From contig JANMQY010000053.1 in NCBI GenBank assembly GCA_031370785.1, forward strand, positions 1 to 44,800: DNA of 44,800 nt. Direction: 5' to 3'. The stretch's first letter is position 1; every line of letters begins with the position of its first letter. Positions 28,876 to 39,609 of this stretch are shown here, piece by piece. The position numbers were made by a program, and so were the translations under genes. The notes below the pieces were generated by a model that was given only the letters and a program-made list of their open reading frames with translations, was not told where the DNA came from and did no database searches. The DNA is from Candidatus Eiseniibacteriota bacterium. GTDB lineage: Bacteria > Eisenbacteria > RBG-16-71-46.

Positions 28876-28893
28876 TTCGTCCCTTCGTGACGA

Positions 28894-28923
28894 CGCGGGC
28901 GGAAGAGTGATCTCCCGCCCGCG
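28894..28923. terminator. hairpin downstream of rplQ (no U tract)
   Basis: CGCGGGCGG...CCGCCCGCG 9-bp stem. Confidence 0.4.
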
Positions 28924-28952
28924 ACCGTGGACTTCTCCGACTCCGCGCCGCG

Positions 28953-29534
28953 CTAGCCGGTCTTGACTCCGGTCTTGCCGCGCCGCTTGGCAGGCGCAGC
29001 CGCGCCAGCCTTCTTCTTCTCTCGCGACGGCTTCTCCGCCGGCGCGTCGCCCGCTTCGGCCCTGGCCTCGCTCTTCGCCTTCTTGCCCGGCTTCTGACCG
29101 GGCTTCTGGCCCTTGAGCGCGGCTTCCTTCGCCTCGGCCGCCTCGATCCGCTTCTGGCGCTCCTGCTCCTTCTGCTCGGTCGACTTCACCAGCTCGAGGT
29201 AGGCGGTCTCGCCGGCATCGCCGAGCCGGTGCCCGAGCTTGAGGATGCGCGTGTAGCCGCCGTGGCGCTCGGTGTACCAGGGAGCGATCGTGGTGAACAG
29301 CTTGTCGGCGATGGCGGGCTTCATGACGAACTTCGCGACATGGCGACGGGCCGCGATGTCGCCCTGCTTGCCGAACGTGATCATGCGCTCGGCGTAGCGC
29401 CGGGTTTCCTTGGCCTTGGCCAGCGTGGTCTCGATGCGCTCGTATTCGAAGAGCGCGGTGACCAGATTCCTGAGCACCGCACGCCGATGAGAAGCGGTGC
29501 GGCTCAGCTTGCGATGGTCTTTGCGGTGTCGCAT
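28953..29534 (-). CDS. rplQ: 50S ribosomal protein L17 with C-terminal extension
   Basis: MRHRK..KLSRT.SHR, GGYTRILK; position after rpoA. Confidence 0.98.
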   Translation of the reverse strand: MRHRKDHRKLSRTASHRRAVLRNLVTALFEYERIETTLAKAKETRRYAERMITFGKQGDIAARRHVAKFVMKPAIADKLFTTIAPWYTERHGGYTRILKLGHRLGDAGETAYLELVKSTEQKEQERQKRIEAAEAKEAALKGQKPGQKPGKKAKSEARAEAGDAPAEKPSREKKKAGAAAPAKRRGKTGVKTG

Positions 29535-29583
29535 GTCAGCGTGTCCTTCTGTCGTTCGTCGTGGACCGGAGAGCCACTGCTTC

Positions 29584-30576
29584 CTAGCTCTCCGAGCTCA
29601 CCGGGTTCTTTTCGTAGTAGGGGCTGATGTCCATGCCGAAGACCAGGCCCATCTCGCCGAGGATGTCCTGGATCTCCTTGAGCGACTTGCGGCCGAAGTT
29701 GCGGTACTTGAGCATCTCCGGCTCGCCCTTCTGCACCAGGTCGCCGATGGTCTTGATCTCGGCGGCACGCAGGCAGTTGCTCGAGCGCACCGACAGCTCC
29801 AGCTCCTCGACGCTCTTGTCCAGCATGCGGCGCACCCGCATCAGCTCCTCGTCGACCTCCAGCTCCACTTCCTGCTCGATCGGCTCTTCGAAGTGAATGA
29901 ACAGCTGGAAGTGATCGCGCAGGATCTTGGCCGCAACCGCGACCGCGTCCGACGGCAGGATGCTGCGGTCGGTCCACACCTCGACGGTGAGCTTGTCGTA
30001 GTCGATGCGCTGGCCGAGGCGCGCGGCTTCGACCGTGTAGTTCACCTTGGTGACCGGCGAGAACATCGAGTCGATCGGAACCACTCCGATAGGCCGGTCG
30101 GTGGCCGAGTGCTGATCGGCCGAGACGTAGCCGCGGCCGCCGTTGATCTCGACTTCGGCGCGCAGGTCGCCGTCACGGTTCAGGGTCGCGATGTGCAGGT
30201 CGGGATTCAACACCTCGACCTCGGCGTCGACCTGCAGATCGCCGGCGCGCACCTCGCCCTTGCCCTTCAGCTCGAACGTGCCCTTCTTGGGCCCGTCGCC
30301 GTGCAGCTTGAGCCGCACCTGCTTGAGATTGAGGATGATCTCGGTGACGTCTTCGATCACTCCCGGGAGGGTCGAGAACTCATGGAGCACGCCGTCGATA
30401 CGCACCGCGGTGATCGCGGCGCCCTGCAGTGACGAGAGCAGGACGCGACGCAGCGAATTGCCGAGGGTCGTGCCGAAGCCGCGCTCCAGCGGCTCGATGA
30501 CGAACTTGCCGTAGCCGTCGTTGTTGCCGGCATCGGGCACGAGCTGCTTGGGCATGGTCAGATTCTTCCACTTCAT
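29584..30576 (-). CDS. rpoA: RNA polymerase alpha subunit
   Basis: [45 protein letters not shown]. Confidence 0.99.
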   Translation of the reverse strand: MKWKNLTMPKQLVPDAGNNDGYGKFVIEPLERGFGTTLGNSLRRVLLSSLQGAAITAVRIDGVLHEFSTLPGVIEDVTEIILNLKQVRLKLHGDGPKKGTFELKGKGEVRAGDLQVDAEVEVLNPDLHIATLNRDGDLRAEVEINGGRGYVSADQHSATDRPIGVVPIDSMFSPVTKVNYTVEAARLGQRIDYDKLTVEVWTDRSILPSDAVAVAAKILRDHFQLFIHFEEPIEQEVELEVDEELMRVRRMLDKSVEELELSVRSSNCLRAAEIKTIGDLVQKGEPEMLKYRNFGRKSLKEIQDILGEMGLVFGMDISPYYEKNPVSSES

Positions 30577-30622
30577 AGGCAGCCTCCGAATGAGAAGGCG
30601 ATCGGTTCGGACAAGTCGATCG

Positions 30623-31252
30623 TTACTTCGAGTAGAGCTCGACGATGAGCTGCTCGTTCACCGGCACCGGGATGGAAGCACGCGTCGGAACGTTCAACAC
30701 GCGGCCGCTCATCTTCTCGACGCTCAGATCGAGCCACTCCGGCACGCTTTGGCCCTTGCGGCCCTCGAGCGCGTTCTGCACGACTACCAGCTTGCGACTC
30801 TTCTCGCGCAGCGACACTTCGTCGCCGGCCTTGACCAGGTACGATGGAATGTCGACCGGCTTTCCGTTCACGCTCAGGTGGCCATGGCTCACCAGCTGAC
30901 GCGCGGAGGCGCGGTTCGGCGCGAAGCCCAGGCGGAAGACCACGTTGTCGAGCCGCGTCTCCAGGAACTGGAGCAGGGTCTCGCCGGTCACGCCCTTCGA
31001 AGCCGCGGCTTTGTAGAAGTAGTTACGGAACTGGCGCTCGAGCACGCCGTAGATCCGGCGCGCCTTCTGCTTCTCGCGCAGCTGCTGGCCGTAGTTGGTC
31101 TCCTTGGCGCGCCGGCTCTTGCCATGCTCGCCCGGAGCGTAGGAGCGCCGCTCCATGGCGCACTTGTCGCTCATGCAGCGCGTTCCCTTGAGGAACAGCT
31201 TCATGCCTTCGCGGCGGCACAACCGGCACTTCGCATCGTGATAGACAGCCAT
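30623..31252 (-). CDS. rpsD: 30S ribosomal protein S4
   Basis: [39 protein letters not shown]. Confidence 0.99.
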   Translation of the reverse strand: MAVYHDAKCRLCRREGMKLFLKGTRCMSDKCAMERRSYAPGEHGKSRRAKETNYGQQLREKQKARRIYGVLERQFRNYFYKAAASKGVTGETLLQFLETRLDNVVFRLGFAPNRASARQLVSHGHLSVNGKPVDIPSYLVKAGDEVSLREKSRKLVVVQNALEGRKGQSVPEWLDLSVEKMSGRVLNVPTRASIPVPVNEQLIVELYSK

Positions 31253-31261
31253 GGTCCTCTC

Positions 31262-31648
31262 CTAGACGCGGCGCCGCTTGGGAGCGCGGCAACCGTTATG
31301 CGGAATGGGCGTCACGTCCTTGATCGCGGAGATCTCGAGGCCGGCCGCCTGCAGCGAGCGGATGGCGGCCTCGCGACCCGCGCCCGGGCCCTTGACCCAG
31401 ACCTCGACGCGCTTCATGCCGAGATTGAGCGCCTCGCGTGCGCTCGCCTCCGCCGCGACCTGTGCGGCGAACGGCGTGCTCTTGCGCGAGCCCTTGAAGC
31501 CGACCTTGCCCGCACTGGCCCAGGTGACCACGGCCCCGTCCATGTCGGTGATGGTGACGATCGTGTTGTTGAAGCTCGCCTGCACGTGAGCGACCCCGTT
31601 GGTTCCCACCTTGCGGTCGCGCTTCTTCGTCTTTTTTACTTCAGCCAC
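31262..31648 (-). CDS. rpsK: 30S ribosomal protein S11
   Basis: [26 protein letters not shown]. Confidence 0.99.
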   Translation of the reverse strand: MAEVKKTKKRDRKVGTNGVAHVQASFNNTIVTITDMDGAVVTWASAGKVGFKGSRKSTPFAAQVAAEASAREALNLGMKRVEVWVKGPGAGREAAIRSLQAAGLEISAIKDVTPIPHNGCRAPKRRRV

Positions 31649-31711
31649 TCGAAACCTCCGTTCGGGTCGCGCCGCGGAGCCGACTCATGCGGAATCCGCG
31701 CACCCCCTCGA

Positions 31712-32149
31712 CTATGACTTCTTCGGTCCTGTCCCGGCCCCGGCACCGGCGCCTGCTCCGGCCTTCGGCGCGACGGTTGTCGCCTTCCTCGTAGCGCCCG
31801 CGGTCTTCTTCGGGCCCTTGCGCGTACGCGCGTTGGTCTTGGTGCGCTGTCCGCGCACCGGAAGCCCGCGGCGGTGACGCAGGCCGCGGTAGGCGCCGAT
31901 ATCCATCAGGCGCTTGATGTTCATGGCCATCTCGCTGCGCAGCGAGCCTTCGACCTTGTACTCGCGTTCGATCACGCCGCGCAGTTTTCCGGTGTCCTCG
32001 TCGGTGAGGTTCTTCACCCGGGTGTCCGGACTCACGCCGGTCGCGGCCAGAATGCGACGGGCTGTGGTATTCCCGATTCCATAGATGTAGGTCAGCGCGA
32101 CTTCAATCCGCTTCTCCGCCGGCAAGTCGACGCCCGCAATACGTGCCAC
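31712..32149 (-). CDS. rpsM: 30S ribosomal protein S13
   Basis: [41 protein letters not shown]. Confidence 0.99.
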   Translation of the reverse strand: MARIAGVDLPAEKRIEVALTYIYGIGNTTARRILAATGVSPDTRVKNLTDEDTGKLRGVIEREYKVEGSLRSEMAMNIKRLMDIGAYRGLRHRRGLPVRGQRTKTNARTRKGPKKTAGATRKATTVAPKAGAGAGAGAGTGPKKS

Positions 32150-32164
32150 AGGCTTCCTCCTTCG

Positions 32165-32281
32165 CTACTTCTGACGCTGCTTATGCCGCGGATTGCGCGT
32201 GCAGATCACGCGGATCACGCCCTTGCGACGCACCACCTTGCAATGCTCGCAGATCTTCTTCACCGAAGTACGAACCTTCAT
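32165..32281 (-). CDS. rpmJ: 50S ribosomal protein L36 (Zn-binding type)
   Basis: Below ORF-track cutoff; manual translation [38 protein letters not shown]. Confidence 0.98.
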   Translation of the reverse strand: MKVRTSVKKICEHCKVVRRKGVIRVICTRNPRHKQRQK

Positions 32282-32337
32282 GTTGCTCCCTCGTGCGCCG
32301 TGGTCCTGGATGCGACAGGCGCCCTTGCTGGGGACGA

Positions 32338-32556
32338 CTACTTGTACCGATAGACGATTCGGCCGCGGGTCAGATCGTAGGGCGATAGCTCGATCGTGAC
32401 CTTGTCCCCCGGCAGAATCTTGATGAAGTGCATCCGCATCTTGCCCGAGATGTGGGCGAGCACCTTGTGGCCGTTCTCGAGCTCCACGCGGAACATCGCG
32501 TTGGGAAGCGGCTCGACTACGGTGCCTTCGACCTGGATGCCTTCTTCTTTCGCCAA
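32338..32556 (-). CDS. infA: translation initiation factor IF-1
   Basis: [32 protein letters not shown] start. Confidence 0.99.
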   Translation of the reverse strand: MAKEEGIQVEGTVVEPLPNAMFRVELENGHKVLAHISGKMRMHFIKILPGDKVTIELSPYDLTRGRIVYRYK

Positions 32557-32569
32557 ACCGACTCTCCTG

Positions 32570-33325
32570 TCACCACAGCGACGAGCCCGAGAGAATCTCG
32601 GGGCCGTCGCTTCCGACCGCCACGGTGTGCTCGAAGTGGGCGCTCAGGCTGCCGTCCTTCGTGACCACCGTCCAACCGTCCGGCTGTGTCCTCACCTCCG
32701 GACGTCCCACGTTCACCATCGGCTCGATCGCCAGCACCTGCCCGGCCATCAGCCGCGGACCCCGATCCGGCGGCCCGAAGTTCGGCACCTGCGGCTCCTC
32801 GTGCATCTGCCGGCCGATACCGTGTCCCAGAAGCTCGCGCACCACCGAGAACCCATTCTGCTCGGCGTGCGACTGGATCGCGTGCGAGATGTCGCCGACG
32901 CGATTTCCAGACTTCGCCTGCTCGATTCCCTTGCGCAGCGCCTCGCGCGTCACCGCGAGCAGCCGCTGGACTTCCTCACTCACCTCGCCCACCGGGAACG
33001 TGAATGCGGCGTCCCCGTAAAAGCCTTCCTTCTCGACACCCACGTCGATCCCGATGATGTCGCCATTCTTGAGGCGCCGCACACCCGGTATCGAGTGGAC
33101 CACTTCCTCGTTCACCGAGGGGCAGATCGTCGCCGGGAACCCGCGATAGCCCTTGAACGCGGGCCTCGCCCCATGATCCCGGATGAACGTCTCGGCAAGC
33201 CGGTCCAGATCGGCCGTGGTCACCCCCGGCTTCACTTCGCCGCCGAGCATCTCCAGCGTGCGCGCGACCAGCTGCGCGCTCGCCCGGATGCGCTCGATCT
33301 CGCTTCTGTCCCTCAGATACACCAT
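32570..33325 (-). CDS. map: methionine aminopeptidase type I
   Basis: [30 protein letters not shown]. Confidence 0.98.
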   Translation of the reverse strand: MVYLRDRSEIERIRASAQLVARTLEMLGGEVKPGVTTADLDRLAETFIRDHGARPAFKGYRGFPATICPSVNEEVVHSIPGVRRLKNGDIIGIDVGVEKEGFYGDAAFTFPVGEVSEEVQRLLAVTREALRKGIEQAKSGNRVGDISHAIQSHAEQNGFSVVRELLGHGIGRQMHEEPQVPNFGPPDRGPRLMAGQVLAIEPMVNVGRPEVRTQPDGWTVVTKDGSLSAHFEHTVAVGSDGPEILSGSSLW

Positions 33326-33331
33326 GTTTCT

Positions 33332-33994
33332 TCAGCCCACCCGGTCCGCGCGCGCCAGCGCGTCCTGAAGCGACCGGTAGACTTCCTCCGTCGATCCGCT
33401 GCCCGGCACCTCGATCAGGCGCCCCCGGCCGCGATAGTACTCAATCAGCGGCGAGGTCTGGTCCCGGTACACCTGCAGCCGCTTCTTCACCGTCTCCGGG
33501 GCGTCGTCCGCCCGCTGCACCAGCTCGACGTCCGGGTCGTCGTCGCATCGCCGCGGATCCTTCGACGGCGCACTCGCCTGGTTGTACGCCCGCTTGCACT
33601 TCGGGCACTCCCGGCGCGCTCCGAGTCGCCGCACCAGCTCGTCCTCGTCCACCGCCAGGCTGATCACCGCGTCCAGCTTCTTCTTCCGGCCCTTCAGCAT
33701 CGCGTCGAGCGCGTCTGCCTGCGGCACCGTTCTCGGAAACCCATCCAGCACGAACCCGCGCGCCGCATCCGGCTCGAGAGTGCGCTCGCGCACCAGCCCG
33801 ATCATCACGTCGTCCGGAACCAGCAGCCCCTGGTCCATCAGGCGCCTGGCCTTGATCCCGAGCGAGGTTCCGCGTGCACCCGCCTCGCGCAGGATCTCGC
33901 CGGTCGAGATCAACGCCCAACCATTTGCTTCAGCGAGCCGGCGCCCCTGCGTGCCCTTGCCCACTCCCGGAGGACCGAGGAGCACCAGCCGCAC
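33332..33994 (-). CDS. adk: adenylate kinase
   Basis: GPPGVGKGTQ, LDGFPRT, LID with C-x2-C-x16-C-x2-D. Confidence 0.98.
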   Translation of the reverse strand: MRLVLLGPPGVGKGTQGRRLAEANGWALISTGEILREAGARGTSLGIKARRLMDQGLLVPDDVMIGLVRERTLEPDAARGFVLDGFPRTVPQADALDAMLKGRKKKLDAVISLAVDEDELVRRLGARRECPKCKRAYNQASAPSKDPRRCDDDPDVELVQRADDAPETVKKRLQVYRDQTSPLIEYYRGRGRLIEVPGSGSTEEVYRSLQDALARADRVG

Positions 33995-33995
33995 G

Positions 33996-35315
33996 CTACA
34001 TTCTCTGCCGGCCGCGCAGTCGGCCGTGCTTCACGAACCCTTCGTAGTGCCGCATGAGCAGGTGGGACTCGACCTGCTGCAGCGTGTCGAGCGCCACGCC
34101 CACCACGATCAGAACGCTGGTGCCGCCAAAGCTCAGGTACCGCGCCCCCGAGCTGGCCATCATGATGTCGGGCAGCACCGCGATCAGCGCGAGGAAGATT
34201 GCTCCCGGCAGCGTGATCCGCGACAGCACCCGGTCGATGTATTCCGCGGTCTTGCGCCCCGGGCGGATGCCCGGCACGAAACCGCCGTACTTGCGCATGT
34301 TCTCCGCGAGGTCGTTCGGGTTGAGGACGACGGCGGTATAGAAGTAGGTGAAGAAGATGATGATCAGGCCGTACAGAATGTTGTAGACCCAGCTGGTGGT
34401 GGTGAACCACTGGCTGATCCCCGCGAACGGGCTCGACGGCGGCAGGAACTGCGCGAGCGTGGTCGGCAGGATCATGAAGCTGGACGCGAAGATGATCGGA
34501 ATCACGCCCGCGGTGTTGACGCGCAGCGGGATGTGCGTGCTCGCCCCGCCGTACATGCGCCGCCCGACGATGCGCTTGGCGTACTGCACCGGAATCTTGC
34601 GCGTGGCCTGGGTCATGACGATGACCGCGGCGACGATCGCGACCATCAGCGCCAGCACGAACACCACCGTGAACAGCGACAGCGAGCCGGCCCGGAACGT
34701 GTCGATCGCCTGCATCACCCGGTTCGGCACTCCGCCGATGATGTTCACGAAGATGATCAGCGAGATGCCGTTGCCGATACCGTGCTCCGTGATCTTTTCC
34801 CCGAGCCACATCACGAAGATGGTGCCGGTGGTCTGGGTGACGATGGTGGACAGATAGAACATCGCGTCCGGGTGCGGGACGACCGGGACGCCGGAAGTCG
34901 CGCCCATGTTCACCAGGTACACGCTGTAGGCGAACGACTGGATGATCGAGATCAGCACCGTGCCATAGCGGGTGAGCTGGGTCAGCTTCTTCTGGCCCTC
35001 CTCGCCCTCCTTGCGCAGCTTCTCGAAGTACGGCACGACCGCGCCCAGCACCTGCAGGATGATCGAGCTCGAGATGTACGGCATGATTCCAAGCGCGAAC
35101 AGCGTCGCGCGAGAGAACGCCCCGCCCACGAACAGATCGTAGAGGCCGAACAGCGTGCCGCGCTGGCTCTCGAACGCGGCGGTCAGCGCCCGGGTGTTGA
35201 CCCCGGGCGTCGGCAGGTGCTCGCCCAGGCGGTAAACGACGAACAGCGCCAGAGTAAACAGAATCCGGCGACGCAGTTCGGGAACCTGGAAGATGTTTCG
35301 GATCTTATCGAGCAT
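33996..35315 (-). CDS. secY: preprotein translocase subunit SecY
   Basis: FALGIMPYISSSII, GIGNGISLIIF, PGIRPG, GGTSVLIVVGV. Confidence 0.99.
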   Translation of the reverse strand: MLDKIRNIFQVPELRRRILFTLALFVVYRLGEHLPTPGVNTRALTAAFESQRGTLFGLYDLFVGGAFSRATLFALGIMPYISSSIILQVLGAVVPYFEKLRKEGEEGQKKLTQLTRYGTVLISIIQSFAYSVYLVNMGATSGVPVVPHPDAMFYLSTIVTQTTGTIFVMWLGEKITEHGIGNGISLIIFVNIIGGVPNRVMQAIDTFRAGSLSLFTVVFVLALMVAIVAAVIVMTQATRKIPVQYAKRIVGRRMYGGASTHIPLRVNTAGVIPIIFASSFMILPTTLAQFLPPSSPFAGISQWFTTTSWVYNILYGLIIIFFTYFYTAVVLNPNDLAENMRKYGGFVPGIRPGRKTAEYIDRVLSRITLPGAIFLALIAVLPDIMMASSGARYLSFGGTSVLIVVGVALDTLQQVESHLLMRHYEGFVKHGRLRGRQRM

Positions 35316-35321
35316 GGGTCC

Positions 35322-35771
35322 TTACGCCTTGACGGTCGGTACTTCGACCTTGCCGCCGGCCGCTTCGATCGACTTGCGCGCGCCTTCGCTCACCGCGTCC
35401 ACCTTCACCGTGACCGCCACGGCGAGCTCGCCTCCGGCGAGCAGCTTGATCGGGCCGCGACGACGCACGATGCGCTGACTGCGCAGCCACGCCGCATCGA
35501 CCACCGCGCCCGCGGGCGCCACGCCGAGGCGGCCGACCTTCACCACCTGGAATTCGACGCGGCCCGGATTCTTGAAGCCGCGCTTCGGCGTGCGCCGCTG
35601 CAGTGGCATCTGTCCGCCCTCGAACCAGGCCGGAATCTTGCCGCCGGAGCGTGCCTTCTTGCCCTTGTGTCCCTTGCCCGCGGTGCCGCCGAGTCCGGTC
35701 GCAGAGCCCTTGCCACGGCGCTTGCGCGGACGCGTCGATCCCGATGCCGGGCGAATCGTTCCGAGTCGCAT
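35322..35771 (-). CDS. rplO: 50S ribosomal protein L15
   Basis: GKGHKGKKARSG, FEGGQMPLQRR.PKRGF. Confidence 0.98.
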   Translation of the reverse strand: MRLGTIRPASGSTRPRKRRGKGSATGLGGTAGKGHKGKKARSGGKIPAWFEGGQMPLQRRTPKRGFKNPGRVEFQVVKVGRLGVAPAGAVVDAAWLRSQRIVRRRGPIKLLAGGELAVAVTVKVDAVSEGARKSIEAAGGKVEVPTVKA

Positions 35772-35780
35772 GAGTTCGTC

Positions 35781-35963
35781 CTAGGAAATTTCCTCCACCT
35801 GTACCAGGTGGCGGACCTTGAAGACCATGCCCCGAATCTGGGGCGTGTCGTTGTGTTCGACGGTGTGCTGCATGCGGCGAATGCCGAGCGCTTCGATCGT
35901 GGCGGCGTGATCCTTCTTGTGGCCGCTCGCGCTCTTCACCTGACGGATCCGGAGCTTACCCAC
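35781..35963 (-). CDS. rpmD: 50S ribosomal protein L30
   Basis: GTG 35963; LRIRQVKS...ALGIRR...[12 protein letters not shown]. Confidence 0.96.
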   Translation of the reverse strand: MGKLRIRQVKSASGHKKDHAATIEALGIRRMQHTVEHNDTPQIRGMVFKVRHLVQVEEIS

Positions 35964-36516
35964 GTGGCCCCCTCGGCCCGAACATCTCTTCGAGCGTGCG
36001 GCCACGCATCGAGGCGATGTCGGCGGGACGGCGCAGATGACGCAGCCCTTCGACGGTGGCCTTGACCAGGTTGTGCGGATTGCGGCTGCCGAGGCACTTG
36101 GTGAGCACGTTCATGACGCCCGCCACCTCGAGGACCGCGCGCACTCCCGAGCCGGCGATGACGCCGGTGCCCTGCGATGCCGGCTTGAGCAGCACTTCGC
36201 CCGCGCCGAACTTTCCGATGATCTGGTGCGGGATGCTGCCACCGCGCGTCACCGGCACGGTGAACATGTTCTTCTTGGCGACGTCGCCGGCCTTGCGGAT
36301 CGCGTCCGCGACTTCATTGGCCTTGCCCAGGCCGACGCCCACGCGACCCTTCTGGTCGCCGACCGCGACGATCGCGTTGAACGAGAAGCGCCGCCCGCCC
36401 TTGACCACCTTGGCGCAGCGGTTCACCGCGATGACGCGCTCCGCGAATTCCGACTTGGGAGCATCGCCTCCACGGCCCCGGCCGTCGCCCCGACCCTGCG
36501 GATGTCCGCCTCGCAT
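35956..36516 (-). CDS. rpsE: 30S ribosomal protein S5
   Basis: [24 protein letters not shown]. Confidence 0.99.
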   Translation of the reverse strand: MRGGHPQGRGDGRGRGGDAPKSEFAERVIAVNRCAKVVKGGRRFSFNAIVAVGDQKGRVGVGLGKANEVADAIRKAGDVAKKNMFTVPVTRGGSIPHQIIGKFGAGEVLLKPASQGTGVIAGSGVRAVLEVAGVMNVLTKCLGSRNPHNLVKATVEGLRHLRRPADIASMRGRTLEEMFGPRGPRG

Positions 36517-36526
36517 CAGAAACCTC

Positions 36527-36889
36527 CTAGAACTCGAGACCGCCGGCGCGTGCGCCGTCGGCGAGCGCCTTCACACGCCCGTGGTAGAGATAGCCGCCAC
36601 GGTCGAAGGACACCTTGCTGATGCCCTTCGCCTTCGCGCGCTCGGCGAGAAGCTTGCCGACCGCCACGCTCACCGCGGTCTTGCCCTTGCCCTCGTCCGG
36701 CTTGACGCCGTCGCGGCTCGAAGCCGCGACCACGGTGCGCCCGGAGAGGTCGTCGATGATCTGCGCGTAGATGTGGGTGTTGCTGCGGTACACCGAAAGA
36801 CGCGGGCGTTCCGCGCTACCCGTGACGCGCTTGCGGATCCGGTAGCGCCGGATCCGACGCCGTTCGTAGTTGTTGTGCTTTCCGCTCAT
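36527..36889 (-). CDS. rplR: 50S ribosomal protein L18
   Basis: [25 protein letters not shown]. Confidence 0.99.
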   Translation of the reverse strand: MSGKHNNYERRRIRRYRIRKRVTGSAERPRLSVYRSNTHIYAQIIDDLSGRTVVAASSRDGVKPDEGKGKTAVSVAVGKLLAERAKAKGISKVSFDRGGYLYHGRVKALADGARAGGLEF

Positions 36890-36890
36890 G

Positions 36891-37427
36891 TTATGCCGAC
36901 CCCGCAGCCTTCCCGGCCTTGCGGCGGATGTACTCGCCTTCGTACTTGATGCCCTTGCCCTTGTAGGGCTCGGGGGGACGGAACCCGCGGATGTCTGCGG
37001 CCACCTGGCCGACCAGGCACTTGTCGGCGCCGCTGATCGTGAGACGGGTCGGATTCTCGACCTTGATGTTGATTCCGGCAGGCGGCGTGAACTTGACCGG
37101 GTGCGAGAAGCCGAGCTGCAGGACCAGGTTCTTGCCTTCCATGTTCGCGCGGTAGCCGGTGCCCACGATCTCGAGCGTCTTGCTGAATCCCTGGGTCACT
37201 CCCAGCACCATGTTCTGGATCAGCGCGCGCATCGTTCCGAACGCGGGGTTGCGGGTGAGCTTCTCCGCGGTCACCTTCGCCTCGGCGCCCTCGACCTTCA
37301 CCGTCGTCCCGACCAGGATGTGGGTCTGCAGCTCGCCCTTCGGACCCTTCACCATGACCGCATCCTCGCCGACCGTGACCGTGACGCCGCCCGGAATCGC
37401 GACCGGAATCTTGCCGATTCTCGACAT
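36891..37427 (-). CDS. rplF: 50S ribosomal protein L6
   Basis: [25 protein letters not shown]. Confidence 0.99.
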   Translation of the reverse strand: MSRIGKIPVAIPGGVTVTVGEDAVMVKGPKGELQTHILVGTTVKVEGAEAKVTAEKLTRNPAFGTMRALIQNMVLGVTQGFSKTLEIVGTGYRANMEGKNLVLQLGFSHPVKFTPPAGINIKVENPTRLTISGADKCLVGQVAADIRGFRPPEPYKGKGIKYEGEYIRRKAGKAAGSA

Positions 37428-37435
37428 GGCGCCCC

Positions 37436-37834
37436 CTACCAGACCTGGCAGATGAGTTCGCCGCCGAGACCCGCCTCGCGGGCCTCACGGTCGGTCATCA
37501 TGCCGCGCGAGGTGGAAACGATCGAGGTGCCGAGCCCGCCCATCACGCGCGGGATGCGGTCCTTGCCCACGTACACGCGACGTCCCGGAGAGCTCATGCG
37601 ACGGATGCCCGAGATGACGCTCTCGTCGTCGGCCGTGTACTTGAGGTAGACCCGCAGGATTCCCTGCTTGGTGTCCTCGATCACCTTGAAGTTGTTGATG
37701 AAGCGCTCGCGCAGAAGCACCTTCGACAGCTCGGTCTTCACGTGCGAAGCCGGCACGTCGAGCTTGCGATGCCTGGCGCGGATCGCGTTGCGCACGCAGG
37801 TCAGAAAATCTGCCACCGGGTCACTGACGGACAT
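37436..37834 (-). CDS. rpsH: 30S ribosomal protein S8
   Basis: DPVADFLT.VRNA, SSPGRRVY, STSRG, GGE. Confidence 0.98.
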   Translation of the reverse strand: MSVSDPVADFLTCVRNAIRARHRKLDVPASHVKTELSKVLLRERFINNFKVIEDTKQGILRVYLKYTADDESVISGIRRMSSPGRRVYVGKDRIPRVMGGLGTSIVSTSRGMMTDREAREAGLGGELICQVW

Positions 37835-37893
37835 GAATCACTCCATTTGGACCAGCGTCCACGCTCTCGCGTGCTGCCTGGCCCGATGCGGGT

Positions 37894-38079
37894 TTACCAG
37901 CTTGCTTTGACGACACCCGGGATCTGCCCGGACAGCGCCAGCTCGCGGAAGCAGATGCGGCACAGCCCGAAGTCCCGCAGGTACGCCCGCGCCCGGCCGC
38001 AGCGATGGCAGCGGGTGTAGGCGCGCACCTTGAACTTGGGAGTCCGCTTCCACTTCTCGATCAGCGACTTCTTCGCCAC
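37894..38079 (-). CDS. rpsN: 30S ribosomal protein S14 (type Z, Zn-binding)
   Basis: 61 aa; RCHRCGR...[17 protein letters not shown]. Confidence 0.98.
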   Translation of the reverse strand: MAKKSLIEKWKRTPKFKVRAYTRCHRCGRARAYLRDFGLCRICFRELALSGQIPGVVKASW

Positions 38080-38087
38080 GGATCCTC

Positions 38088-38795
38088 CTACTTCTGCCGG
38101 AAGGGCATGTTCATGAGCCGCAGCAGCTCACGCCCTTCCTCGTCGGTGCGCGCGGTGGTCACGATGGTCACGTCCATCCCGCGCACCTTCGCCACCTTGT
38201 CGTAGTTGATCTCCGGAAAGATGATCTGCTCGGTGAGTCCCATCGTGTAGTTGCCCCGTCCGTCGAACGAGCGCGGATTGACGCCGCGGAAATCGCGAAT
38301 GCGCGGCAGCGCGACGTTGATCAGCCGGTCGTAGAACTCCCACATCCGTGCGCCGCGCAGCGAGACGCTGCACCCGACCGGAAGCCCCGCGCGCAGCTTG
38401 AAGTTCGAGATCGCCTTCTTCGCCTTGCGAATCGCCGGACGCTGCCCCGTGATCTGGCCCAGCTCGTTGACCGCCGCGTCCATCAGCTTCTGGTCCTGCA
38501 CCGCGTCGCCGACGCCCATGTTGAGCACGATCTTGGTGAGGCGCGGCGCCTGCATGACGCTCGTGTATTTGAATTTGTCCATCAGCTGGCGGAGCACCGT
38601 CTTCTCGTAGAGCTTCGCGAGCCGCGGCTTCTCCGACGGTCCGGTGGGACGACCCTCGCTGATCGCGCCGGGCGTCGAGGGCGCGGCCTTCGAGGCCTTG
38701 CTGGCACTCTTGGTCGCACTCTTGGCTGCGCTCTTGCCGGCCTTGTCGGCGCTCTTCGCCTTTGCCGGTGCCTTTTCCTTCTTCTCGCTCGCCAT
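38088..38795 (-). CDS. rplE: 50S ribosomal protein L5 with N-terminal extension
   Basis: [36 protein letters not shown]. Confidence 0.98.
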   Translation of the reverse strand: MASEKKEKAPAKAKSADKAGKSAAKSATKSASKASKAAPSTPGAISEGRPTGPSEKPRLAKLYEKTVLRQLMDKFKYTSVMQAPRLTKIVLNMGVGDAVQDQKLMDAAVNELGQITGQRPAIRKAKKAISNFKLRAGLPVGCSVSLRGARMWEFYDRLINVALPRIRDFRGVNPRSFDGRGNYTMGLTEQIIFPEINYDKVAKVRGMDVTIVTTARTDEEGRELLRLMNMPFRQK

Positions 38796-38893
38796 GTTCG
38801 TTCATCTCTCCAGGATCTGGTCCGCGCCGCCCGCCCGACTCTCGGGCGCTTCGGGACCGCGTGCGGCGCCTTGCTCGTGCGCCTCTTGAACGA

Positions 38894-39220
38894 CTACTCG
38901 CTCTTTGCCAGCGTTTCCCCGCTGCGGCGCGAAACGCGCTCGCGGCGGCCGTCCTTCCCGATGCGCACGCCGGTGCGCGTTCCACGCCCGGCCTTCGCGT
39001 CGTAGAGCAGGACGTTCGATCGGTGCACCGGTGCTTCCTTCTCGATGATGCCGCTCTGCACGCCCTGGCGCTTCGCCTTGGTGTGGCGCTTGACCATATT
39101 CACCTTCTCGATGATCAGGCGATTCTTGGCCTCGTCGATCGAGAGCACCTTGCCGGTCTTGCCCTTGTCGTCGCCGGCGATCACCTGCACGACGTCGCCC
39201 TTGCGGATCTTCATTCCCAT
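38894..39220 (-). CDS. rplX: 50S ribosomal protein L24
   Basis: ATG overlaps the rplN stop (TGATG); KIRKGDVVQVIAGDDKGK, EAPVHRSNV. Confidence 0.98.
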   Translation of the reverse strand: MGMKIRKGDVVQVIAGDDKGKTGKVLSIDEAKNRLIIEKVNMVKRHTKAKRQGVQSGIIEKEAPVHRSNVLLYDAKAGRGTRTGVRIGKDGRRERVSRRSGETLAKSE

Positions 39221-39588
39221 CAGATCACCTCCGGCGCGAGCGAAATGATCTTCATGAACGCCTTCTCGCGCAGCTCGCGCGCCACGGGTCCGAAGATGCG
39301 GGTCCCACGCGGCTCCTTGTCGTCGTTGATGAGCACCACCGCGTTCTCGTCGAAGCGGATGTACGAGCCGTCCTTGCGGCGGCCTTCCTTCACGGCACGG
39401 ACCACGACCGCCTTCGCGACGTCGCCCTTCTTGACCGCCGCGCCGGGGATCGCGTCCTTGACCGACACCACGACGATGTCGCCGAGGCGGCCGTAGCGCT
39501 TGTGGTGGCCGCCGAGCACCTTGATGCACTGGGCACGCTTCGCGCCCGAGTTGTCGGCGACAGTCACCATGGTTCGCAACTGGATCAT
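39220..39588 (-). CDS. rplN: 50S ribosomal protein L14
   Basis: [31 protein letters not shown]. Confidence 0.99.
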   Translation of the reverse strand: MIQLRTMVTVADNSGAKRAQCIKVLGGHHKRYGRLGDIVVVSVKDAIPGAAVKKGDVAKAVVVRAVKEGRRKDGSYIRFDENAVVLINDDKEPRGTRIFGPVARELREKAFMKIISLAPEVI

Positions 39589-39609
39589 GACCTGAGCTCC
39601 TGGTCGCGC

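Noticed and set aside
33582..36065. 827-aa plus-strand ORF, plus similar long ORFs at 4297-6018, 7038-8918, 19300-21300 and 32396-34057
   Set aside because: All lie opposite well-supported genes and have Arg/Ala-rich shadow composition.
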